From a virus (Duplodnaviria > Heunggongvirae > Uroviricota > Caudoviricetes): a stretch of 20,707 nucleotides of DNA. Shown here piece after piece: positions 8,547 through 17,732 of this stretch. The translations under genes and the position numbers were made by a program. The stretch spans positions 81,711 to 102,417 of the IMG/VR virus record IMGVR_UViG_3300022752_000033. One strand, given 5' to 3'. Numbering within the stretch: the stretch's first letter is position 1; each line of letters begins with the position of its first letter. Below the pieces are notes generated by a model. That model searched no databases and was not told the DNA's origin. It saw nothing but the letters and a program-made list of their open reading frames with translations.

Positions 8547-9623
8547 TTAATCTTTTCTAACAACATTAAAAAATCCATATCCATAGTTAAGCATATCACC
8601 AATGTTATCAACCTCCCCTAATCTTTGAACTCTTTCATATCCACTAACTTTACCCCTTTCAACATATACGTTTGTTTGTATTTGAGGTTGGTCGATAATA
8701 TTCATTAATACCTCTTGTTTCACAATCGGTACTGAGGTTATATTATCAACGGTATATCCTGAAGAGTCCATGAAAAATATTGTACGTCCATCCGCATAAT
8801 CATAGTAATCTATGTTTTGAATTGTATATGCGGTAAAAACCGGACTAATATTAGTTATAACACCAAGTACACCACCACTATCGTAAACAACCTTACCCAA
8901 AACATAACTGTCCGAACCGTATTGTTCCAAATCTTGTAACCTTGAAACGGATTCACCGGAAACAACATAAGGTGTACTTATATAACTTGATGAAACTTGT
9001 GACGCCAAAGAATTATTTGAATCCCCTGAAAATATAAAATCATAACTTATTGGTGTTGCAGACCAATTACCCAAATTAGATGTGAAATATGCCGTCCCTT
9101 TTTTATTTCCAATCGAAGGTTTCTTATAAGGTAAACTGACTTTTTTAGTGACCTTTATGTCACCCCAAGGATTTTTTTGAGATAATGTTATTTCATACTG
9201 ATAACTTTGTGTTGGATATGTATGACTGACATAATTGGGAGCAAAACTAGTAATGGTTTGAATATTACCATCCCCCCAATCAATAGTATAATTTGATAAA
9301 TCAATAAACTTTTGATATTGTTCCGAAGTGTTATACACATTAACCACGTACGGATTTTGAGTATCCGAAGAGAATAAAAAATTTGTAACGACATCTTGTT
9401 GCGTAATGTCACCATCAAAAGGGTCATAATATCCAACATCGTTTATATTCTCAACAATTAATATTGGTATTGTTAATCCAGTCAATAATGATGTACCATT
9501 AGTATTTCCCGTCAATATTTGGGTCATTGCGGAATAAACACCCACAGGTGTCCCACTATAACCAACTATGGTTAAATCCCTTTGTATTGTCTCAGGTGAT
9601 ATAATAATATTATAATAACTCAT
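8547..9623 (-). CDS. Hypothetical structural protein with PKD-like motif (358 aa)
   Basis: YTIDWGDGNIQTITSFAPNYVSHTY (~9217-9290) resembles the PKD-domain W.FGDG...HTY signature. The protein is S/T/Y/G-rich. Confidence 0.75.
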   Translation of the reverse strand: MSYYNIIISPETIQRDLTIVGYSGTPVGVYSAMTQILTGNTNGTSLLTGLTIPILIVENINDVGYYDPFDGDITQQDVVTNFLFSSDTQNPYVVNVYNTSEQYQKFIDLSNYTIDWGDGNIQTITSFAPNYVSHTYPTQSYQYEITLSQKNPWGDIKVTKKVSLPYKKPSIGNKKGTAYFTSNLGNWSATPISYDFIFSGDSNNSLASQVSSSYISTPYVVSGESVSRLQDLEQYGSDSYVLGKVVYDSGGVLGVITNISPVFTAYTIQNIDYYDYADGRTIFFMDSSGYTVDNITSVPIVKQEVLMNIIDQPQIQTNVYVERGKVSGYERVQRLGEVDNIGDMLNYGYGFFNVVRKD

Positions 9624-10423
9624 TAAACTAAAGGGGGGTTTACATATTCATACCACGATATGGGTGTATTAATACCGACTCTTTTATTTGTTAATATATC
9701 ATAAACTGAATAGTTTAAATTAACATAATCGCAAACAACCCGGTAATAATAAAATGTTAGGGTATCAAAATAATATTTATCCCCATTAACCGATGACTGT
9801 GGTTTATTCATCATCTTAACAAATTCACCCTTCTCCGCATTATAAAATTTTGCGGTCATATAAAAAGTATTGATTGGAACATACTCCAATTTCTTTAACC
9901 AATAAATAAAAAATCCTTCCTTATCCCCAACATAATCTAACTTAAAACTTGGTATTTTTATATTAACATTTTTATTTGCAACAATAAAACTAATTGTTGC
10001 CCCTTGTTGCGTCGGTATAATTATTGTGAAATAATTCACCTGAGATTTTGTATCAACCGAATCATAAAAGTCCAACTTAAAAAATGACTTGGTAAAATTA
10101 TTTCTAAAATAATATATGTCCTCACTTGTGAAACCCTCTGATATATAATTTTGATTCCACGACGCAGGATTACTTAACGACCCACCAGAATAAAAATAAA
10201 AATCATAATTAATATCCGTCTTTAACGTTAATGGGTCGGGAGCATGCGGAAATCTATTAACCTCAAAATCAATGCCAGTACCGACAACTTCTTTAACCAC
10301 CTCATCCTCATATAAATCTATAGATTGGTCTTGACCCGTGAAATCCCACTTAATCTCAACAGGTAAAGTAATTTCCCTGTCGGTTGACCCACTAAATAAT
10401 ATTCTATAACTATTCGCAATCAT
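9623..10423 (-). CDS. Hypothetical protein, likely virion structural (266 aa from ATG 10423)
   Basis: Long ORF that overlaps the upstream stop by 14 nt and ends in a TAATG junction. ATG 10423 is preferred over TTG 10426. Confidence 0.8.
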   Translation of the reverse strand: MIANSYRILFSGSTDREITLPVEIKWDFTGQDQSIDLYEDEVVKEVVGTGIDFEVNRFPHAPDPLTLKTDINYDFYFYSGGSLSNPASWNQNYISEGFTSEDIYYFRNNFTKSFFKLDFYDSVDTKSQVNYFTIIIPTQQGATISFIVANKNVNIKIPSFKLDYVGDKEGFFIYWLKKLEYVPINTFYMTAKFYNAEKGEFVKMMNKPQSSVNGDKYYFDTLTFYYYRVVCDYVNLNYSVYDILTNKRVGINTPISWYEYVNPPLV

Positions 10424-12125
10424 CAATAAAAGGTTTAACAGGTTCGTTTATACCATCTAAGAAATTATTTGAATCTTTACCTTCAGGAAAAAATCTAAAT
10501 ATCACCTCTTGAAATGGATAATGTGATTTATTTACAAAGGGGAAATCAACCCCCCGACCCAACTCATCTCTATATCCATAAGTATACAGGTCTCTCCATC
10601 TAAATTCTTGGTCGGATGGAGAGTAATAAGAATAAAAAGGAACTTGGTCTACATTTTCAACTCCACCCGTCTCTATATAATTAGAAAAAACCCTTATCTT
10701 CATCCCGTTATGTGGACTATAATAAAACCCATTCTCATTTGTTGTTGGCGTATTTGATGTTTTAAAATTGTCTTGATTGTATTTTACCTTGTGGTAGTAT
10801 TTTGATATAACTCTCTCCACTTGCTCGTAATCATTCCATTCGCAAAAATCCCCCTCTATCACATCCCCAACATTTAAATTGTTATTATAATAAAAGGTTT
10901 TAGTATTACCACTAGAATCTGTTTTTGTATATGATGAAGTTTGAATATTTGTATTTGAATCAACATTATTATCATCCCACCACGAGCTCGGAGTTTCATT
11001 TATATTAAACTCCCACCCTTGTTTTAAACCTACCCCATTGATAAATGGTTTATTAAAATACCCGGAAAATCCTTTATTTACTACCGTCAAAAAAAGTTCA
11101 CTGACAGGTCTTTTTTGATTGTCTAACAACCCCTGTAAATTAATATCTTTTATTGTTGTAAACGTATAACAATTATTACTATTTTGTTGTGCCGTCTTAG
11201 TTCTCAAATCCGGAGTTATTGAACTCAAAAAAAGTTCTATTTTTGTATTAAATGGTGTTTGCTGAAATCCTGTTTTATTTAAAATCATATCATCAACACC
11301 AATTAAAACCTTATGTTCTCTAATATAATATTTTGAACGAGACTCATCTATTATATCAGGATATAAAACTCTTTTAAACCTTCCTCTTTTTTTGTCGTTG
11401 AATGTTCCCCCTGTATACCCAATGTTGTATAAATTAAAAATCCTAATATCACTCTCAAATAACCCATTACCTAACGAATAAACTTCAAAAATTTTATTTC
11501 CATTATATGGAAAAGATAGTTCGACAGATTCTCCCGGCGTTAATCCATGTGGAGAAATACACTCAAAAGATATTAACGGGTCACCATTTATTTGAATATT
11601 TTTAATTGCAAAAGGTATCCCATCCTTCACGTTCCAAATAAAAGTTTGATTATTTAGTTGTGATGTCAATAATTTATTTTCATCATTACGATATGGATAA
11701 GTAATATAATAAGACCAATTATACGTATACGCACTTTTTGATATAAAATTAATATGTTGGTCTACAACATTAGGTCTTAAAAAATCAAACTCATAATATT
11801 GAGGATAACCATACCAAGTACTCATATTATTTAAAACCGTTTGTTCCGGGTCTACCAAAAACAAATTATTTCTAAATGGAACATAGTTTGCGGTACCAAC
11901 ATATCTATTATCATAGATATAATTCAACTGGAACGTAGGTCTAAAAATCTCACAACTTTGCCTTTCATCATCATACAATTGTGATAACGATACTGTCCTT
12001 ATTCTATCAAATTCATTATTTAATTCGACAGTATTATTTAAACTAATAGCAACCTTTTGGTCTGTAGATGGTGCAGATTTATATCTTAATCTACTTGGTA
12101 CTATTCTCGAATCAAATTGTTTCAA
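10410..12125 (-). CDS. Hypothetical protein, likely virion structural (571 aa)
   Basis: Long aromatic/Asn-rich ORF. The TTG start overlaps the upstream stop by 14 nt, and the exact start is uncertain. Confidence 0.8.
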   Translation of the reverse strand: MKQFDSRIVPSRLRYKSAPSTDQKVAISLNNTVELNNEFDRIRTVSLSQLYDDERQSCEIFRPTFQLNYIYDNRYVGTANYVPFRNNLFLVDPEQTVLNNMSTWYGYPQYYEFDFLRPNVVDQHINFISKSAYTYNWSYYITYPYRNDENKLLTSQLNNQTFIWNVKDGIPFAIKNIQINGDPLISFECISPHGLTPGESVELSFPYNGNKIFEVYSLGNGLFESDIRIFNLYNIGYTGGTFNDKKRGRFKRVLYPDIIDESRSKYYIREHKVLIGVDDMILNKTGFQQTPFNTKIELFLSSITPDLRTKTAQQNSNNCYTFTTIKDINLQGLLDNQKRPVSELFLTVVNKGFSGYFNKPFINGVGLKQGWEFNINETPSSWWDDNNVDSNTNIQTSSYTKTDSSGNTKTFYYNNNLNVGDVIEGDFCEWNDYEQVERVISKYYHKVKYNQDNFKTSNTPTTNENGFYYSPHNGMKIRVFSNYIETGGVENVDQVPFYSYYSPSDQEFRWRDLYTYGYRDELGRGVDFPFVNKSHYPFQEVIFRFFPEGKDSNNFLDGINEPVKPFIDDCE

Positions 12126-15100
12126 CTCCTAAAAATTTAACTCTAAATTTATCCAAGGCATTACTACCTCTCGTTAAACCAAAATAAAAATGAAATGGCG
12201 CTCCCACTAAATACTTTAAATTCGTATTAGTATTTGGAAGAGGTCCAACCACGTTTTCACTAAAATCATATCCACCCGTATTATTCGCCCTAACATTATA
12301 TATAAATCCTTTATAAAATTCATTTATCGCAGTTTCACCCATAAAATAATAGGAATTAACATCTACCCTATCTAATGATTGATATCTCGTATTTTGTATA
12401 ATATCTTTTAATCCGGTTTGCCATTCATTTTTTTGGTCGCCAAAAATAAATGTAGACTGTTGATTAGGTGCTCCATTAATTTTCCATCTATAAAACGGTA
12501 CGACTTGTGAACTAAACCCTAAATTATCGTATTGTGCCGGTGAAGTTGTATCGTTTCTTATTATCCTTCTTGGGGTTATATAATCTCTTGTTTGAGTGTC
12601 CGAGGAATAAAATATCCCCATAACTTTATCCCCAATATAATAAGTGTTTCCACCGGTAGTTGTTCCCGTTGAATAGTCATACGAATCAAAATCAAACTCA
12701 TCCACACCATGTTCCGAGTTAACCGAAATAGATTGTGCGTAATCACCATCAAACCTGCTATTATTTCTTGAGAAGAATTGTGCCACACTTCCAGAACCTG
12801 TTCTTGTTAAATTACTGAAAAATCCTGAAGTTCTTAATCGAGATATTAAAAATAAATTTAATATATTTTCAAATTCCTTATACGATGTTTGTTCCATTTT
12901 ATCAACATTATATCCGTAATAATCCGCACTTAATGTTAACTGATATGCAAATTCATCTCTAGGACCTAAATTCATTATTGTTGTTGGGGTTTGTAATTGT
13001 AACGAATTTCTACCATTTCTTCTCACAGTGGTTCCTCCTTGAGATGTTGGGGCTTTACCAACAAATTTAATCTCCCCTGTAGTCGCATTTAAATTTGTTG
13101 GTGATGACCTATAATAAAAATTACTAGATGGGTTATGTAATATTATAGTATCATTACAATATCTATTATAAGGTTGATTTCTTCCCGCGCCTGTATTTCT
13201 AAAGAACCTATTGTTTTTAAATGTGTAAAAAAATAATGTACCATTTATCCAATTATTAACAAAATTATGTGAAAATATTCCTCTACAACTTGCCATCATA
13301 ACTCTAAATCTCGCCAACCACTCGGCAAATGTTCTATAATCTCTTGGTAAAGTAAGAAATGGTGCACCTCTTAAAAGAATGTAACAACCATTTTCCGCAA
13401 TAACTCTATCGTAACACTTATCTGTCGTAGGAGCCAGTCTAAATGTACTTCCATATCCCTGATAACATTTTAAAGGAACAATACCACTACAAGAAAATGA
13501 AGATTGTAATGAATTTTCAAATTCACTTGGTTCATCCTCTTGGTTATCTCCTGAATTATATCCGGTAGATTGTAATTCTCCTGAACCAATAATCGATGAC
13601 CCATTATCCGTAATACTATAAATTGCCAACGACCTATTTTGATGTAATACAAACGTATTATTCTCATATACATCTGTTCTATTTGATGATGATGGTAACC
13701 TATCACACCTCATCACAAGTCTCGTCTCCGAGCTTGAGAATGTTGTTGGAGTCGCACCTGTCGCATAAACCGGAGAAAAATAATAATAATCATTTTGTTT
13801 AATAATAGGATAAGTCACTACACCCCCCAATGTAGGTATAAAAGCCGAGTTCTCAGAAGATTGGTTTAAATAAACATAACTACCCCCCTCAACATATTCA
13901 TTATTATAATAACCTCTATGCTGTTTTGCGGGTCCTATGTCAGTTAAAACAAGATAATTGTTTGGATTGACTGAACTACTATACGCACCGGAATTAACAA
14001 ATCCCGGAGAATTTGATGATGGCACCTGACTTCCTAACCTTGGATATCTAATGAAATTAACAACATTATTTGGTCCCACACCTAAATACGAAGTATTATT
14101 ACTTACCCAAAGACTTTGTAGTTTCGTATTATTAGTAGTACTCTGATTAGTTGTATCAATACTAAAACTATTAACACTACTCCCATCTAAACTAGAATAG
14201 TTTGATGTGTTATATGTTGTAAACCCACTAAAATCACTAGACGTATTATAACAATACGGCGGATAAAATATATACCCGTTTTGACTTTGCGTGTTTGGTG
14301 AATTTATTCGATTATGTCTTGGTAAAGACAATCCCGGTTGTACCGGTATATTCATCTTATAATTACCGGAAACAATATTAGTCCCATAATTTTGACCCAT
14401 TAATTTTGAAATATCAATATCCATAGGAACTCTCGCAGAATATGGGTCAACGCCACGCATTAAAAATACAACAATAAATTCTTTTTGGTCTGGCATCGTA
14501 TATATTGGCCTAAACGTATCATCAGTATCATAATATTCCCCATCTCGAAATCCTAAAGTTGTGGTGAATTTTTTACTCCAAACGGTTTGAAAGTTATCTG
14601 TATATCTATATTTTAGTGAATTGAAAAATGGTATTGCTGGATTATTATATTTTCCATTAGGGATGGTAGGGTTTTGTGTAACAAAACTACCATACGTCGT
14701 CGCAGTAATTACTTGGAAATATTCAATATCAGTTGGAAACTTATGAGTAATAAAATGTTTATTACTATTAGGGGTATTCGCCGGAACAAACTCAGTATAG
14801 TTCGCCAAAATTGGTAAATTATTTGCCGGCGGGACATCAAAATTTAAAAATATATTACCCGTATTATATTCAACCGTTCCGGTTCCTCCTAAATTACTTG
14901 TTATCACCCCATTAGAATTATCCGTAAACGTCTCCGTAAATCCACTTATAGTTTGAGCGTAAACCACTAAAGTACCTTTTAATAATAAAGTATTTAATGA
15001 CAAACTAAAAACGGTATTTGAATCGTCACCATATTCTCCGGTTTGATATCCAACATTATCTTTAGTAGAAAAATCAATTGCAGAACTTTGGTCAACAGAA

Positions 15101-17646
15101 TATGTTGTAGTTAATGGTGTTAAATTGTTAGAGTTGGCCGGGTCCGCATATTTTATAGTTACAGAACCATTATTTGTTGCTGTACCCGTTATCGCATTTG
15201 TGGTAACAACATTACCATCTATATCAACATAACTAATTGTTTTTCCACTCAACACATTTAAATCATATGTCTCCGAAATATTATTGAAAGATATTAACCC
15301 TCCAATAGGAAAATTGTCAAGACAAGAATTATCAATCAATAATGCCATAACATTATCATGATGAAACTTTCCTGGATTTTGCTGAGGATTAATCGAAACT
15401 TTGATTTGATTATCTCCACCCCCCTGAACTTGTAAGTCATTAAAATATTTTCCCTTTAAATTAAATAAATTTAACCTCTCCGACAATGTTAAATCTTGAG
15501 AAAAGAACCCATTAGGTGCAGTACTATTGGTTGCCAAGTTTGGTGTTCTTTTTGAATACGATTCCTTCATTGAACCCGATAAATTTTGTTGCATCAGTTG
15601 TGCCACCAAATCAGCTTGATTTGCGGGTGCAAATAAATTATTACAAGGTGCGGACCCAACCCCCAATAAAAGAGGGTCATCTTTACAATATTGTTCGTCC
15701 GCAACATTAGCAAAACTTGCGGCGGATTGAGTATCTATAGTACAAGATTGAGATGCATTTGCATATGTCTCGTTAAAAAATTCTTCAGCTTCTGCATCAC
15801 CCTCTATAGGCTCAGGAGTACAATCACACATCTCACATTCAGGGTAGGTAATCATTGGAAATTTCATATTACTAAACGGATTACCCGCCTTTCTCCATAT
15901 CTCCCCGGGAGACATAGGTCTCGGACAATTTAAATCCGCCAACCCAAAAGATATCACATTTACAGCTTGACATAAAAGCCAAATAATTGGTAATATTACT
16001 GTGAAAATAATTACAATTTGTACTTTTATAATCGGCCATATTAATCTTAATAAATGTAATATAGGTACCAACGACAAAATTGGTGTCGTAAAAATACCCA
16101 AAATAAAATTAAATAATGTAAACAATATGTCCGTACCCCTAACCCCATCATTCATTGGAAACTTATAACTACTACTCTCACAACTCTGATTTTGAATATC
16201 TTTTATCCCAATAAATCTTCTTCTATTTGTACCTTTTTGATATAGGTCAATTAATTGTGAAACAGTATAAACTTGGTTATATTTTAACTCATAAAATTTA
16301 TCCTCACAATCAATCGCCCTTTGTATTATTTTATTACCTAAAGTTGTTCCAGTATCCCCATAATCATTCCAATCCAAACTAAAACCATACGACCTAATAC
16401 ACGCATCATAATATGGTTTTTCTGCAGGATTAGTTGGATTTAAATTTGCCGGGTCTTTCCCAGACCCCCAACCATATTCACTAACATTTGGAACTAAATA
16501 GTACGCCCTCTTTATTTGTTGTCCCAAATCATCCGGTTGTTTCCATTTAATTTTAAACCTATATTTACCCTTTGTTGGTATACCTACCTTTGGGTCGTCA
16601 GATATTACTTTTTCACCGAATTCATTAGTAATAACATAATCTAAGTTCATCGGCAAATCAACCAACCATGAACCATCATCCTCAATCACGTCATTACCAC
16701 CCGGAAATTTAAATTCTTCCAATATAGGTCTTCCTTGATTATCAATATTGATTGTTTGTCTAATACATACAATTTGTCCCGGACCCGCAACCAAACTACA
16801 CATCTCACCCAAAGCTTTCCTAGGCTTACACCTTCGATTAATAAAATTTTGGTCTAACGTTGATGTCATCGAACCCATAAAAAGTCCTGTAGGTTGGATA
16901 TCAATATTTAACTCGTCCCTTAAATCAAAATCACATCTGCTTATTGCAATTTGACAAGTTTCTTGGTCTCCCCATAATGGTACAACATCTATAGATTTTG
17001 TTAATGAAACAATTTGAGGTAACGAATTTAAATTAGTAGAAGACTTAAACTTAGGACCATTCACTTGAGATTCGGTCGCCCTACCCATTCTAATCAAATC
17101 TTGAGGAGTTAATGAAAATTCTCCCATGTCAGATAAATCTAAATCAAGAAAAACCAAACTAACTCCAAGAGGAGCTCCCATAATCATATAGTCACCACTC
17201 TCATTAGTCTTTACGACATATTTGTAATATTTGTCGTATATTTCAATGGCAGTTTTATTTGTTAATGCATCTCTTCTTGATGGGAATGTTCCTGTGGGTG
17301 TATGACCCGCATGTGATTGTTCGTATGGTAATAGATTATATCTATATCCATCCTCATTTTTCTCGTCCGGAGTTGTATACGGATATATACTCGTTATTAA
17401 AGGATTTGATTTGTCTTGGTCTGTAATTGGTACGAATACTGAAACTCGAGCGTTAGGTATTCCAAACCCATTGTTTGCAGTTATTCTTCCAACAATAACA
17501 CCATAACCAGAACATGATTTGGTGTAAATCTCTTCTTGCTGTATTTTTAATGATAGAATCTCTAAAAAATCAAAATCTTGTTCTAATTCAATATCAATTC
17601 TTTTATTAATTCCTATTTCAGTTCTTATTCTTTGGGTGGTTCCCAT
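12112..17646 (-). CDS. Large baseplate-associated protein (1844 aa) with predicted hydrophobic helical hairpin
   Basis: First gene after gp6. The N-terminal YGVIVGRITANNGFGIPNARVSVFVP resembles carboxypeptidase-regulatory-like beta domains. A hydrophobic stretch spans aa ~507-569, followed by YPECEMCDC. The remainder is S/T/N/G-rich. Confidence 0.8.
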   Translation of the reverse strand: MGTTQRIRTEIGINKRIDIELEQDFDFLEILSLKIQQEEIYTKSCSGYGVIVGRITANNGFGIPNARVSVFVPITDQDKSNPLITSIYPYTTPDEKNEDGYRYNLLPYEQSHAGHTPTGTFPSRRDALTNKTAIEIYDKYYKYVVKTNESGDYMIMGAPLGVSLVFLDLDLSDMGEFSLTPQDLIRMGRATESQVNGPKFKSSTNLNSLPQIVSLTKSIDVVPLWGDQETCQIAISRCDFDLRDELNIDIQPTGLFMGSMTSTLDQNFINRRCKPRKALGEMCSLVAGPGQIVCIRQTINIDNQGRPILEEFKFPGGNDVIEDDGSWLVDLPMNLDYVITNEFGEKVISDDPKVGIPTKGKYRFKIKWKQPDDLGQQIKRAYYLVPNVSEYGWGSGKDPANLNPTNPAEKPYYDACIRSYGFSLDWNDYGDTGTTLGNKIIQRAIDCEDKFYELKYNQVYTVSQLIDLYQKGTNRRRFIGIKDIQNQSCESSSYKFPMNDGVRGTDILFTLFNFILGIFTTPILSLVPILHLLRLIWPIIKVQIVIIFTVILPIIWLLCQAVNVISFGLADLNCPRPMSPGEIWRKAGNPFSNMKFPMITYPECEMCDCTPEPIEGDAEAEEFFNETYANASQSCTIDTQSAASFANVADEQYCKDDPLLLGVGSAPCNNLFAPANQADLVAQLMQQNLSGSMKESYSKRTPNLATNSTAPNGFFSQDLTLSERLNLFNLKGKYFNDLQVQGGGDNQIKVSINPQQNPGKFHHDNVMALLIDNSCLDNFPIGGLISFNNISETYDLNVLSGKTISYVDIDGNVVTTNAITGTATNNGSVTIKYADPANSNNLTPLTTTYSVDQSSAIDFSTKDNVGYQTGEYGDDSNTVFSLSLNTLLLKGTLVVYAQTISGFTETFTDNSNGVITSNLGGTGTVEYNTGNIFLNFDVPPANNLPILANYTEFVPANTPNSNKHFITHKFPTDIEYFQVITATTYGSFVTQNPTIPNGKYNNPAIPFFNSLKYRYTDNFQTVWSKKFTTTLGFRDGEYYDTDDTFRPIYTMPDQKEFIVVFLMRGVDPYSARVPMDIDISKLMGQNYGTNIVSGNYKMNIPVQPGLSLPRHNRINSPNTQSQNGYIFYPPYCYNTSSDFSGFTTYNTSNYSSLDGSSVNSFSIDTTNQSTTNNTKLQSLWVSNNTSYLGVGPNNVVNFIRYPRLGSQVPSSNSPGFVNSGAYSSSVNPNNYLVLTDIGPAKQHRGYYNNEYVEGGSYVYLNQSSENSAFIPTLGGVVTYPIIKQNDYYYFSPVYATGATPTTFSSSETRLVMRCDRLPSSSNRTDVYENNTFVLHQNRSLAIYSITDNGSSIIGSGELQSTGYNSGDNQEDEPSEFENSLQSSFSCSGIVPLKCYQGYGSTFRLAPTTDKCYDRVIAENGCYILLRGAPFLTLPRDYRTFAEWLARFRVMMASCRGIFSHNFVNNWINGTLFFYTFKNNRFFRNTGAGRNQPYNRYCNDTIILHNPSSNFYYRSSPTNLNATTGEIKFVGKAPTSQGGTTVRRNGRNSLQLQTPTTIMNLGPRDEFAYQLTLSADYYGYNVDKMEQTSYKEFENILNLFLISRLRTSGFFSNLTRTGSGSVAQFFSRNNSRFDGDYAQSISVNSEHGVDEFDFDSYDYSTGTTTGGNTYYIGDKVMGIFYSSDTQTRDYITPRRIIRNDTTSPAQYDNLGFSSQVVPFYRWKINGAPNQQSTFIFGDQKNEWQTGLKDIIQNTRYQSLDRVDVNSYYFMGETAINEFYKGFIYNVRANNTGGYDFSENVVGPLPNTNTNLKYLVGAPFHFYFGLTRGSNALDKFRVKFLGVETI

Positions 17647-17650
17647 TATA

Positions 17651-17670
17651 CTTTTTTTAATAAATAGTTT
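17651..17670 (-). promoter_or_regulatory. AAACTATTTATTAAAAAAAG upstream motif, putative late promoter
   Basis: Lies 4 nt upstream of ATG 17646 and nearly duplicates 8517-8535. Confidence 0.6.
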
Positions 17671-17732
17671 AGGGCAAACTTTTAAAGTTACACCAACTTA
17701 AAAAATAGTATAAAAATTAATTAAATAAATTA

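Noticed and set aside
17677-17689. Near-palindrome AACTTT-T-AAAGTT in the gp6/1844-aa intergenic region
   Set aside because: Short, AT-rich and single-copy, so it is expected by chance. There is no GC stem or U-tract of an intrinsic terminator.
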